Source of the DNA: Dehalococcoidia bacterium
GTDB taxonomy: Bacteria; Chloroflexota; Dehalococcoidia; DSTF01; WHTK01
Assembly (NCBI GenBank): GCA_965197795.1
Contig: OZ240228.1
Location: 171,765-235,764, forward strand
Length of the DNA: 64,000 bases
Reading direction: 5' to 3'
A model generated the notes under the pieces. The model ran no database searches, was not told where the DNA came from, and saw only the letters and a list, made by a program, of their open reading frames with translations. The first letter of the stretch is position 1; each line of letters starts with the position of its first letter. The translations under genes and the position numbers were made by a program. Positions 10,591 through 19,233 of this stretch are shown in pieces.

Positions 10591-10860
10591 ATGTCCGAAG
10601 GCGCCGCCGAGTCCGAAGCGCTCACAGGAGGGGCAGACGGCGGTGTAGCCGATGCCGAGCTGGAGGAAGTCGAGGAGATCGCGAATCTCGAGGCGTATCT
10701 CTCGAAGCTCAACGCTGAGGAGGCCACGGACCCCGGCGAGGAGGCCACGGACCCCGGCGAGGAGGTCACGGACCCCGGTGAGGCGGCTATGGAACCCGGC
10801 GAAACGGCCGTGAAGCCCGACGAAGAGCCTGAAGACGAGCAAGACACCGAGTCCCTCTAG
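10591..10860 (+). CDS. Hypothetical small acidic protein with EEATDPG heptad tandem repeats
   Basis: 89-aa ORF divergent from thrC. It has high GC3 and coding-like codon usage, and the 3' half is encoded by the 21-bp tandem repeat. Whether it is a real gene is unproven. Confidence 0.35.
   Translation: MSEGAAESEALTGGADGGVADAELEEVEEIANLEAYLSKLNAEEATDPGEEATDPGEEVTDPGEAAMEPGETAVKPDEEPEDEQDTESL
10717..10800. repeat. Tandem repeat, 21-bp unit GAGGAGGCCACGGACCCCGGC x ~4 (last copies degenerate)
   Basis: Two perfect and two degenerate units seen by eye. Confidence 0.8.
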
Positions 10861-11027
10861 GCTCTAAACAGGACGCGGTTGGCCGCGCGCTGGCGCTTCA
10901 GATTCGCTCTGTGAGTACCTGTCGCGGAGAATCCTTTCTAGTCACGTCGCACCAGAAGGCATCGTTCAGCGAAATCGAACTCGGCAGAGATAGCTCACGC
11001 CGCAAGATGCGCTAACATCAGGCTGAC

Positions 11028-11230
11028 ATGCCAGCCGTCACCAGACTCAGCCACGCGTCCTTTTCGTTTCCGACCTCGAACAGTCGGCCGTTTTACGAGG
11101 CAGCGTTCGGCCTCGAATTCGTCCGGGCCGCCCGGGCGCCGCGTTCTTTCGCGCGCCGGGTTCGGAGCAGCACCACGACCTGGCGCTGATGGAGGTTGGG
11201 CAGCACGCGCTCGCCCTGCCACAGGGATTT
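11028..11230 (+). pseudogene. Remnant of VOC-superfamily (glyoxalase / extradiol dioxygenase-like) gene, N-terminal fragment with frameshift
   Basis: Reads MPAVTRLSHASFSFPTSNSRPFYEAAFGLEFVRAA (a VOC betaalphabetabetabeta start). After a frame change it reads EQHHDLALMEVGQHALALPQGF, then stops; under 60 codons per frame. Confidence 0.3.
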
Positions 11231-11411
11231 ACTAACTTTCTTTCAGGGGTCAAATTACTCATTTGATGCTAAAATAGGACGTTCGAATAATGAATCTCCG
11301 TACTTTTCCAGCCTGTTCAAGTTGACACGCTTTCGTTCTCGAACCTTCGTTGCAATTGCGCTTCGCGTCCCTCGGAGAGATGCAAGCTCCCACTCCGAAA
11401 GGACGCACTAG

Positions 11412-12683
11412 TTGTCGTTTTCCAGCTTCAAGCTCAAGGCGAGCAGCATGGACGTGCTCGCCAAGCAGGGTATAACCGACCCTACCTCGATTCAGGTACA
11501 AGCCATCCCAATCATGCTCGAAGGCCGCGACATCATCGGCCAGGCGCACACCGGCTCCGGCAAGACGCTTGCCTTCGGGCTGCCGATCGTCGAGACCTGC
11601 GACCCCGATTCCAATGCAACCCAGGCGCTGATTCTCTGTCCCACACGAGAACTGGCTCAACAGGTCGGCGGCGTCCTGGCGCAAATCGGCGAGCCAGCGG
11701 GCTTTAGCGTGACCACGGTGTACGGCGGCGTGGGCTACGGGCCGCAGATAGACGCGCTGCACGCCGGACCGCAGATCGTCGTTGGTACGCCGGGACGAAT
11801 CCTGGATCACCTGCAGCGCCGCACGTTGAGACTCGACGCGATACGCGTATTCGTCCTGGACGAAGCGGACCAGATGCTGGACAAGGGCTTCGCCCCGGAC
11901 GTTGAGCGGATCATTCGCCAGACGCCGAAGTCGCGACAGACCGCGCTGTTTTCCGCCACGACGCCGGATTGGGTGAAACGCGTCTCAGCGCAGCACCTCA
12001 ACGAGCCGGAAATTATCCACGTAGGTGAAGAGACCGAAGCACCGCCGGACATCGAGCACAGCATCATTGAGGTCTGGAGTGGCGAGAAGCTGCCCGTCTT
12101 GCTTAGCCTGCTCAGTCAGCCCATGGAAGGTGCGACGCTGGTGTTCGGACGTACGCGTCACGGCGTGATCAACCTGGCGCGCCGACTGCAGAAGCTCGGC
12201 TTCGAGATCGAAGCGCTGCAGGGCGACCTCGGCCAGCCGGCGCGCGACCGCATCGTCAAGCGCTTCCGGGAGGGCCATTTGCCCATCCTTCTGGCGACCA
12301 ACGTGGCAGCCCGCGGCCTCGACATGCTAAACATCGAGCGCGTGATCAACTACGACCTGCCGGAGACTAGCGACCTCTTCGTGCACCGCGTCGGCCGCAC
12401 CGGCCGCATGGGCCGTTCCGGCGAGGCGATTACCCTGATCGCCGCGACGGACCTGCTCAAGATCCAGGAGATCGAACGCGACCTGGGGCGCAAGCTGCCC
12501 CGCATACCGGTGCCGCCGCCGGTCCAGATGCAGCCCGCGCAAACCGTACAGGCCAAGCCACGCCCCGTCATTGCCAAGGAGCTTTCGGCTACCCCCGCAG
12601 CCGCGAAGGACGAGACAGGCCAACCCCGCCGTCGCCGCCGCTCCAGGCGCAGGAAGCCGCAGCTGGCACAAGCCGGCGCTTAA
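11412..12683 (+). CDS. DEAD-box ATP-dependent RNA helicase
   Basis: Carries the Q-motif (F...TSIQ), AHTGSGKT (Walker A), DEAD (VLDEADQM), SAT, and HRVGRTGRMG with a basic C-terminal tail. It is preceded by ~180 nt of AT-richer leader. Confidence 0.9.
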   Translation: MSFSSFKLKASSMDVLAKQGITDPTSIQVQAIPIMLEGRDIIGQAHTGSGKTLAFGLPIVETCDPDSNATQALILCPTRELAQQVGGVLAQIGEPAGFSVTTVYGGVGYGPQIDALHAGPQIVVGTPGRILDHLQRRTLRLDAIRVFVLDEADQMLDKGFAPDVERIIRQTPKSRQTALFSATTPDWVKRVSAQHLNEPEIIHVGEETEAPPDIEHSIIEVWSGEKLPVLLSLLSQPMEGATLVFGRTRHGVINLARRLQKLGFEIEALQGDLGQPARDRIVKRFREGHLPILLATNVAARGLDMLNIERVINYDLPETSDLFVHRVGRTGRMGRSGEAITLIAATDLLKIQEIERDLGRKLPRIPVPPPVQMQPAQTVQAKPRPVIAKELSATPAAAKDETGQPRRRRRSRRRKPQLAQAGA

Positions 12684-12728
12684 CGGCTGACCGACGCCTG
12701 GAACACTGGATGCCCTCCCACGAGAATC

Positions 12729-13130
12729 GTGGGGAGGATGAAGGAGTCGAACATGAAGCTCGGAGGTCACAGGCCCGGCAGTCTCACCGCATTCGTTGAT
12801 GGGTCTACCGGGGAGATGCTGCTTCAAATAGCCGCCGATCCAAACGGTGATCCCAGTGTCGCCTTTCATCTTTTCGACTGCAACGGCAAAATGGTCAAGG
12901 ACTCCGACGGCTTCAAGGCCTATCCCAAGGGCATCGAGGTGCGCGGCGCCAACGACGAGCAGCTCCTGGAGATACCGAACGATCCCAGTGGCAATGTGAA
13001 GTACCGCCTGTACAACTCGGACGGCCGGCTCCTGACAGCGTCGGACGGCTCTCGCACCCAGATCCTCGGCGGCTTGCGCATCGAGGGCGCCAAGGCGCCG
13101 TCCCGGACCAAGCAGGTCACCAAGGCGTAG
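12729..13130 (+). CDS. Hypothetical protein made of two homologous ~45-aa halves
   Basis: 133-aa ORF with an internal duplication (LQIAADPNGDPSVAFHLFDCNGKMVKDSDG aligns with LLEIPNDPSGNVKYRLYNSDGRLLTASDGS). No family assignment. Confidence 0.45.
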   Translation: MGRMKESNMKLGGHRPGSLTAFVDGSTGEMLLQIAADPNGDPSVAFHLFDCNGKMVKDSDGFKAYPKGIEVRGANDEQLLEIPNDPSGNVKYRLYNSDGRLLTASDGSRTQILGGLRIEGAKAPSRTKQVTKA

Positions 13131-13258
13131 CAGGTAACTCAAGCCTACGGGTCGAAGGCGAAGGCGTGTTTCAGCCCCCAAAAGAGGGCTTACGAGCTCA
13201 AGAACGAGTGACGCCCGCAGCACCAGCTAACGCCGCCAGGACGACACCGTCCGGCTCT

Positions 13259-13403
13259 GTCGTCCTGAGTGAAAGCGAAGGACCAAAACGCAACGCCGTC
13301 GCAAGATGGCCCGTCCTGAGCAGGTAGTCTCCGTCACATTGACGTGACGCCCGAATCAAACGTAACGCTCTGATCCTTCGGCAAGCGCCTCAGGATGACA
13401 GGA
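13259..13403. repeat. Three diverged copies of the dispersed repeat core (GTCGTCCTGAGTGAAAGCGAAGGACC; CCGTCCTGAGCAGG; inverted CGCCTCAGGATGACAGG)
   Basis: Related to the 8944/9097/19964 family and present in both orientations. Confidence 0.5.
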
Positions 13404-13431
13404 CAAGACTCTCTAAATGGATTTTGCTTGA

Positions 13432-13665
13432 CTAGGCCGCGCCGCCGCGCCGGCGTCGATTAGGTTGCGCCCGCGGCGCAACCTCGCGGCCCGTGATTGC
13501 ATCGAGGTGTTGTTTGCTGATCCTGACCTCTTTGCCGATCTGGGCCCGAGTGAACTCACCAAGTCCGAAGTCACGCAGCAGCTTACGTACCTGCGCCGGC
13601 CGCATCGAGAGGTAGGCGGCCGCCTGCTCGATCGTGAGGAAGTCGGGGAAAGGGTCGATATTCAT
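13432..13665 (-). CDS. Excisionase/MerR-like helix-turn-helix DNA-binding protein
   Basis: 77-aa ORF. LTIEQAAAYLSMRPAQVRKLLRD matches the excisionase-family HTH pattern; basic C-terminus. Confidence 0.55.
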   Translation of the reverse strand: MNIDPFPDFLTIEQAAAYLSMRPAQVRKLLRDFGLGEFTRAQIGKEVRISKQHLDAITGREVAPRAQPNRRRRGGAA

Positions 13666-13769
13666 AGCCGTGTCGACGGCGGGGCAGATAAGCTAACACG
13701 CGGTCCGCATCGCCTGTCAACGCGATGCTAGTCGGGCCTACCGCCGGACGATATCAGGGTCAACCCTGA

Positions 13770-14552
13770 TTACTTGATCAGGCGTCGTCGCATGGACCAG
13801 AGCGCCACCCAGTACAGCATTGCCGTCACGACGACGATCCAGGCGAAGTCGACCAGGATACTTAACCCGAGGTCCCCGGTGACCCAGCCGCGCTGCAGGT
13901 CGACGACGTGGCTCAAGGGCAGGAACCAGGCGAAGATCTGCATGCCGCTGGAAAGCTCGTCGGGCGGGAAGAAGACGCCGCCAACCCAGAACATCGGGAT
14001 GATGATGAGGCTGACGAAGTAACCCAGCTGGGTCACGCTGCTGACGAAGGAGGTCGCGAGCAGCGCCATGGCGCCGAACATGAAGCCGGCGAGAACGGCC
14101 GTCGGGATCGCCAGCAGGACGAGTGGCGAGTCGACGAGGCCCCAGACAGGCGTCAACGCGACTGAGATGATGACGAGGAAGACGCAGCTCAGCACGCCAC
14201 GGCTGGCGGCCCAAGCGATCTCGCCGGTGATGACGTCGTCGATGCTCACGGGCGTGGCGATCATGGCGTCGTATGTCTTCTGGTACGCCATGCGGTTGTA
14301 CGACGCCCAGGCGCCCTCGATGACGGCGGCCCACATGATGTAGGCGGCCATAATCCCGGGCGTTAGGAACTGGATGTAGTCCTGGCCGCTCTCCAGCTCC
14401 ACGAAGTGGCCCAAGCCGAGCCCGACGCCGAGAATGACGACGAGCGGCTCGAATACCGGCCAGGCCAGTTCAGGCCCCCACATGTGCCGAAACACGTCGT
14501 TGTTGCGCTGCCAGACCTTGACCGTGCGGTATGAGACGTCGACGGCCATCAT
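13770..14552 (-). CDS. ABC-2 family transporter permease
   Basis: 260-aa ORF with 6 predicted TM segments and an ABC-2 signature region; the start overlaps the stop of the upstream ATPase gene (14549..14552). Confidence 0.85.
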   Translation of the reverse strand: MMAVDVSYRTVKVWQRNNDVFRHMWGPELAWPVFEPLVVILGVGLGLGHFVELESGQDYIQFLTPGIMAAYIMWAAVIEGAWASYNRMAYQKTYDAMIATPVSIDDVITGEIAWAASRGVLSCVFLVIISVALTPVWGLVDSPLVLLAIPTAVLAGFMFGAMALLATSFVSSVTQLGYFVSLIIIPMFWVGGVFFPPDELSSGMQIFAWFLPLSHVVDLQRGWVTGDLGLSILVDFAWIVVVTAMLYWVALWSMRRRLIK

Positions 14553-15487
14553 TCGCTCAGCTCTCTTCCCGTCAGGCGCAGGAAGACGTCCTCGAGTGAC
14601 GCTTTGCGTAGCACAACAGCGCCATGCTCACTCAAGGAGCGGAGGTCCAGCCGCGAGGCACGCCGACCGTCGCGTTCGAAGATATAGGCGACGTCCTGCG
14701 TCTCCTCGATTTCATAGTCTCCTGCCAGGGCGGATACGGCCGCCAAGGTCTCCTCGCGCTGCGCATCCTCCAGATGCACCTCGACGACTTCACTACCGAT
14801 GATGCGTTCAACGAGCTCCGCAGGAGCACCGCGTTCGATGATCCCGCTGTCGTCCATGATGATGACACGGTCGCAAAGCTGAGCTGCCTCTTCCATGTAG
14901 TGCGTCGTCAGCAGCATTGTGATGCCTTCCCGCTTTAGCTGGCGCAGCTTTTGCCAGGTCAGCTGGCGTGCCTGCGGGTCGAGGCCTGTCGTGGGCTCGT
15001 CGAGGACGAGGAGCTCGGGATTGCTCATGAGCGCCCGCGCCACCGTCAGGCGTCGCTTCATGCCGCCGGAGAGGTTGTCGATCTTCTCGTGCGCCTTCTC
15101 GCTGAGAGCCATCAGCTCCAACACCTCCTGGGCCCGTCTGGCGGCTTGAGCGGACGGCACGTCGAAGTAGCGGGCGTAGGCGCGCAGGTTCTCGATCGCG
15201 GTGAGGTCCGTGTCCAGGTTGTCGTCTTGCGGCACCACGCCGAGGCGCGCTTTGATACGCCGTGCGTCGGTTCGAGGGTCCATGCCGAGGACTCGAAGCG
15301 TCCCGGAGGTGATCGGCGAGACGCAGCAGATCATCCGGATCGTGCTGCTCTTGCCGGCGCCGTTCGGGCCCAGGAGGCCGAAGCACTCCCCGGCCTCGAC
15401 CTCGAAGTCGATGCTGTCGACGGCTACCAGATTTCCGAAGCGCTTGGTCAGGCCACGCGCTTCTATGAGCACTTGTGACTGCATCAC
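14549..15487 (-). CDS. ABC transporter ATP-binding protein (DrrA/ABC-2 type)
   Basis: GPNGAGKSST Walker A, LSGGMKRRL signature, LLVLDEPT Walker B. Confidence 0.9.
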   Translation of the reverse strand: MMQSQVLIEARGLTKRFGNLVAVDSIDFEVEAGECFGLLGPNGAGKSSTIRMICCVSPITSGTLRVLGMDPRTDARRIKARLGVVPQDDNLDTDLTAIENLRAYARYFDVPSAQAARRAQEVLELMALSEKAHEKIDNLSGGMKRRLTVARALMSNPELLVLDEPTTGLDPQARQLTWQKLRQLKREGITMLLTTHYMEEAAQLCDRVIIMDDSGIIERGAPAELVERIIGSEVVEVHLEDAQREETLAAVSALAGDYEIEETQDVAYIFERDGRRASRLDLRSLSEHGAVVLRKASLEDVFLRLTGRELSE

Positions 15488-15677
15488 GTAGACACCCTAT
15501 CTCCAGCGACGCCTCAGCATCCCGGAGCAACAATAGACAACAGTAGAAATGAAGGCGCGGTTGCTAGCCAGCCTTAAGCATCGTCGGAGCCTTTGCGTGG
15601 TACATTTTCGACTGTTATCCCGCCGACATCGTCCCGTACGAAGTTTATCGCTTCACCGACTCAACGCAGGAGACCTG

Positions 15678-16790
15678 ATGAAAGCTGCCGTCTTTGAGCG
15701 CGTAGGAAGTCCTCTGGTGATAGAGGATATACCCGCGCCGAAACCTCGCCAAGGAGAGGTCATGATGAAGGTGGCCGCCTGCGGCGTCTGCCACAGCGAC
15801 CTCCACGTCATCAAGGGCGAGCTGCCCTATCCGACCCCCACCGTGCTCGGCCACGAGACCTCCGGCATCGTGATCGATGTCGCGCCTGATGTGGTCAACG
15901 TCAAGCCGGGCGACCGCGTCGTGAGCACGTTCATCCTGCCCTGCGGACGCTGCCCTGGCTGCGCCCGAGGCCGCGACGACCTCTGCGAGAACTTCTTCAC
16001 TGTGCATCGCGCCAAGGGCGTTTTCTACGACGGCGAGACGCGCCTGCACCGCGCCGACGGCACGCCTCTGGCGATGTACAGCATGAGCGGCCTGGCCGAG
16101 TACTGCGTCGCGCCCGCCACCGCGGTCTTCCCGCTGCCGCCCGAGATCTCCCTGCAGGGAGCCTGCATCCTGGGCTGCGCCGTCCCGACCGCCTACAGCG
16201 CCGTGCGTCACCAGGGCGAGGTGCGCCCCGGTCAGACGGTGGCGGTGGTCGGCGCCGGCGGCGTCGGCTCTAACATCATCCAGATGGCAGCCGCGTTTGG
16301 CGCCGCGGAGGTGATCGCCGTTGATATTCGCGAGGACAAGCTCGCCGCGGCACGGCGCCTCGGCGCGACCCAGGGCGTCAACGGCCTCGACGGCGATCCC
16401 GCGGCCGCGATTCGCGAACTGACCGGCGGCAAGGGTGTCGACGTCGCCTTCGAGGCGCTGGGGCGACCCGAGACAGTGACCACCGCCTTCGATGCGGTGC
16501 GTGAGGGCGGCCGGGTCGTCGTCGTCGGCCTGGCGCCGCCGTCCGTCGCCGTGCCGATCGAGATCACGCGCCTGGTACGCCGCAGCGTCGCGATGTACGG
16601 CAGCTTCGGCGCCCGCATGCGCAGCGACGTGCCGGAGGTCGTCAAGCTGGTCGCTCGCGGCGAGGTCAGCACGGAGCAGCTGGTCACGCAGCGCTTCACG
16701 CTAGACACGGCCGGGGAGGCGTACGACGCACTGAGCCGCGGCGAGGTCACCGGCCGTGCCATCGTGGTCGTCGACGAGGCGGCCAGGTAG
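15678..16790 (+). CDS. Zinc-dependent alcohol dehydrogenase (MDR family)
   Basis: Start moved to Met44 of the track ORF (MKAAVFE after AGGAGA). GVCHSDLH zinc site, GxGxxG (VVGAGGVG) Rossmann motif. The antisense 367-aa ORF 16232..17335 is rejected. Confidence 0.85.
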   Translation: MKAAVFERVGSPLVIEDIPAPKPRQGEVMMKVAACGVCHSDLHVIKGELPYPTPTVLGHETSGIVIDVAPDVVNVKPGDRVVSTFILPCGRCPGCARGRDDLCENFFTVHRAKGVFYDGETRLHRADGTPLAMYSMSGLAEYCVAPATAVFPLPPEISLQGACILGCAVPTAYSAVRHQGEVRPGQTVAVVGAGGVGSNIIQMAAAFGAAEVIAVDIREDKLAAARRLGATQGVNGLDGDPAAAIRELTGGKGVDVAFEALGRPETVTTAFDAVREGGRVVVVGLAPPSVAVPIEITRLVRRSVAMYGSFGARMRSDVPEVVKLVARGEVSTEQLVTQRFTLDTAGEAYDALSRGEVTGRAIVVVDEAAR

Positions 16791-16794
16791 CGGA

Positions 16795-17476
16795 ATGAGG
16801 CAACTTTCGGCGGTTTCAGCCTGCGTTCTTCTGCTCGTGGCCGCTGCGTGCGGCGGGGATAGCGAATCGTCCTCGGATGAGACGCCTTCAGGATCAACCT
16901 CGACGCCGATCTTGGAGAGTCCGGGGTCGCCGGTCGCGGTCTCGGCTGAGAATCTCGAGATAGCCTTATTGCGGCTGAGGACTTGCCGGCAGGCTGGGAC
17001 ATGCCTGAAGGAAGTACCGAAGACGATGACGGGACGTGCGGACTAAATCTCAAGACAGACTTCCAGATCACAGCATCCGCATCACGACTGTTCCCCAGGG
17101 CGAGACAGGGCCATTCCTCGTCCAGGAGATTGTTCTCTATGCTCCTGGCGAGGCTGAGGCAGCGTTCACAGCGTTGCAGAGACTGCTGGAGACCTGCACC
17201 GAGGACATCGATGTGGATGAGTTCGGCGCCGAAACGGTTTCTGACCTCCGCCCAATCGTGTTTCCTGGTTTCGGCGACGGAACCGTCGCTCTGAGGATCG
17301 AAGGTCGCGAGCCAAACGTAGTGGGTCTCACTCAAGCGAACTTCGTCATCATCAGGCGGGATGCAGTCCTACTCATCGTGGCTCACCTCTCATTTGGTGA
17401 CGGTGGGCCTGATGTTGCTGAAACGGCAGTGTTCACAGAAGCCGCCTATTCCCGACTGGAAGCGGTTCTGCGTTAG
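16795..17476 (+). CDS. Lipoprotein (signal peptide + lipobox LVAAAC) split over three frames by two frameshifts
   Basis: MRQLSAVSACVLLLVAAACGGDS lies in frame 1. The sequence continues as LPAGWDMPEGSTEDDDGTCGLNLKTDFQ in frame 0 and as ...VPQGETGPFLVQEIVLYAPGEAEAAFTALQRLLE... in frame 2 (ORF 17036..17476). It is either a pseudogene or indel errors. Confidence 0.4.
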
Positions 17477-17541
17477 CCGGGCCCAAGATCGATTGTGCTA
17501 GCCTTGCCGAGGTGCTGGAATTCGTCTCCGAGAGGTACAAG

Positions 17542-18375
17542 ATGGCTACGACGACTGCTGAAGACAGGCTCCTGGAGCAGGTGCTGGAGACCTTCCAGCA
17601 AAGCTCGAACCCGCGGCTGCGCGAGGTCACCGAGGCCGCGATCCGTCACATGCACGCCTTCGTGCGCGAGGTCAACCTGACGCATGAGGAGTGGATGGTC
17701 GCTATCCAGTTCCTCACCGCCGTTGGCCAGAAGTGCGACGACGTGCGGCAGGAGTTCATCCTGCTCTCAGACGTGACCGGCACGTCCAGCCTGGTCGAGA
17801 TGCTCAACTACGAGGGCGCTGCCGGCTCCACCGAGGCCACGGTGCTCGGTCCGTTCTATCAGAGCGGCTCGCCGAGGCGTCAGAACGGCGACTCGATTAT
17901 CGAGACGGACCACGGCGGCCCGCGCTTCCACTTCTCCGGCGTGGTGCGCTCTCTCGACGGCAGGCCGATCGCCGGGGCCGAGGTGGACGTGTGGCAGACG
18001 TCCAGCAACGCGCTGTATCCGCAGCAGGACCCAGGGCAGGACGCCAACAACCTGCGCGGCCTCTTCAGCACCGACGCGGAGGGCCGTTACGACTTCATCT
18101 CCGTGCGTCCGGTCGACTACCCGGTGCCGACGGATGGCCCGGTCGGCGGGTTCCTCACCGCGTCGGGCCGTCACCCGATGCGCGCCGCGCACACGCACTT
18201 GATCGTGCGAGCCGAGGGCTACCACCCGGTGACCACGCACCTGTTCGACTCGGAGTCGAAGTACCTCGACTCCGACGCCGTCTTTGGCGTGCGCGATTCG
18301 CTCATCCTCGACTTCGAACCGGACGGCGCCGGCCTCAAGGCGACTTTCGACATCAAGCTGACGCCAAAGACGTAA
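17542..18375 (+). CDS. Intradiol ring-cleavage dioxygenase, hydroxyquinol/catechol 1,2-dioxygenase family
   Basis: N-terminal dioxygenase_N-type helices (RLREVTEAAIRHMHAFVREVNLTHEEW) and an intradiol core with Tyr/His iron ligands (GPFY, RAAHTHLIVRAEGYHP). Confidence 0.8.
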   Translation: MATTTAEDRLLEQVLETFQQSSNPRLREVTEAAIRHMHAFVREVNLTHEEWMVAIQFLTAVGQKCDDVRQEFILLSDVTGTSSLVEMLNYEGAAGSTEATVLGPFYQSGSPRRQNGDSIIETDHGGPRFHFSGVVRSLDGRPIAGAEVDVWQTSSNALYPQQDPGQDANNLRGLFSTDAEGRYDFISVRPVDYPVPTDGPVGGFLTASGRHPMRAAHTHLIVRAEGYHPVTTHLFDSESKYLDSDAVFGVRDSLILDFEPDGAGLKATFDIKLTPKT

Positions 18376-18395
18376 AGCAGAGCAGAAGAGAAAGA

Positions 18396-18421
18396 GGGAG
18401 GCAGAAGACCTCCCTCTCTCT
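18396..18421 (+). terminator. Stem-loop downstream of dioxygenase gene (AGAGGGAGG-CAGAAGAC-CTCCCTCTC)
   Basis: 9-bp perfect stem immediately after the stop; a weak U-tract, so function uncertain. Confidence 0.3.
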
Positions 18422-18584
18422 GGCTTGGCCGAGGTGGACGGTACTATCCTCGGCCTGTTGAGTGAGAGACCGATAGGTCCCTCTTCTTCATAGACGCTCC
18501 GTTGGTGCATCTGGTTCCTGGCTTGCGATCGCATGGCCTCGGGCATACAGTCAGGCCGTCGCTTCGTAGTCACGGGAGGTCCGT

Positions 18585-19157
18585 ATGGCCGAGACTTACA
18601 GCATGCAGGCGTTCATCAAGGACGCGCGCGAGATCATCGACAAGCGCCTCAGCGAGGAGAAGACGCTGGCGCTCCTCGCCTCGCCGCTCGAACGGATCAT
18701 CGCCCGGACCGACTGCCTCGCCGAGGTTTCGCCTGATAACACGCCGGACCCGGACAAGGGCTTCCCGATCTATCGCGCTGACGACCTCAGCATCCTTTGC
18801 GTCGTGTGGCAGCCGGAAGCCGGCACGCCGATTCATAACCACAACGGTTGGGCCATGGAAGGCATCGTCCGCGGCATGGAGCGCAACCGTAACTTCGCCC
18901 GCCTCGATGACGCCTCGCAGCCCTGGAAGGCCGAGCTCGAAGAGGTCGAGCCCAGCATCGTCAAGACCGGGGAAACGACCTGCCTCGACCTGCCGCCGAA
19001 CGATATCCATGCGGTCGAGATCCTGGGTGGCAAGACGCTGGCGATCCACGTCTACGGCAACGACCTGGCCAAGCAATGGCGTTACCAGTTCGATCTCGAA
19101 ACCGGCGAGGTCAAGCCCTTCATCAGCGGCACCAGGGTTCGTACGCCGGCGCGGTAG
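18585..19157 (+). CDS. Cupin-fold protein, cysteine-dioxygenase-type (3-His) like
   Basis: 190-aa ORF. PIHNHNGWAMEG and a later H (IHAVEI) are spaced like the CDO/PCO 3-His iron site; assignment by motif only. Confidence 0.5.
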   Translation: MAETYSMQAFIKDAREIIDKRLSEEKTLALLASPLERIIARTDCLAEVSPDNTPDPDKGFPIYRADDLSILCVVWQPEAGTPIHNHNGWAMEGIVRGMERNRNFARLDDASQPWKAELEEVEPSIVKTGETTCLDLPPNDIHAVEILGGKTLAIHVYGNDLAKQWRYQFDLETGEVKPFISGTRVRTPAR

Positions 19158-19233
19158 CCGTTTCGCCTGACTTCATTTCGAGCCACGGCGAAGCAATCTC
19201 GCGTGAATCGCCGGCGAAGCTTCTGAGGGAAGC

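Noticed and set aside
9231-10847. 538-aa version of threonine synthase given by the ORF track
   Set aside because: The first 145 residues are a low-complexity S/G/P translation of the antisense strand of the 21-bp tandem repeat. The conserved ThrC sequence with Zn ribbon starts at Met146 (10412), which also has the expected length (~393 aa).
15549-15677. Upstream 43-codon extension of the ADH ORF
   Set aside because: The extension is basic junk (MKARLLASLKHRRSLCVVHF...). MKAAVFE preceded by AGGAGA is the conserved MDR-family start.
16232-17335. 367-aa minus-strand ORF overlapping the alcohol dehydrogenase and lipoprotein genes
   Set aside because: It is a Ser/Thr/Pro/Arg-rich antisense translation of a high-GC gene with no domain signal. 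The sense strand carries clear ADH motifs.
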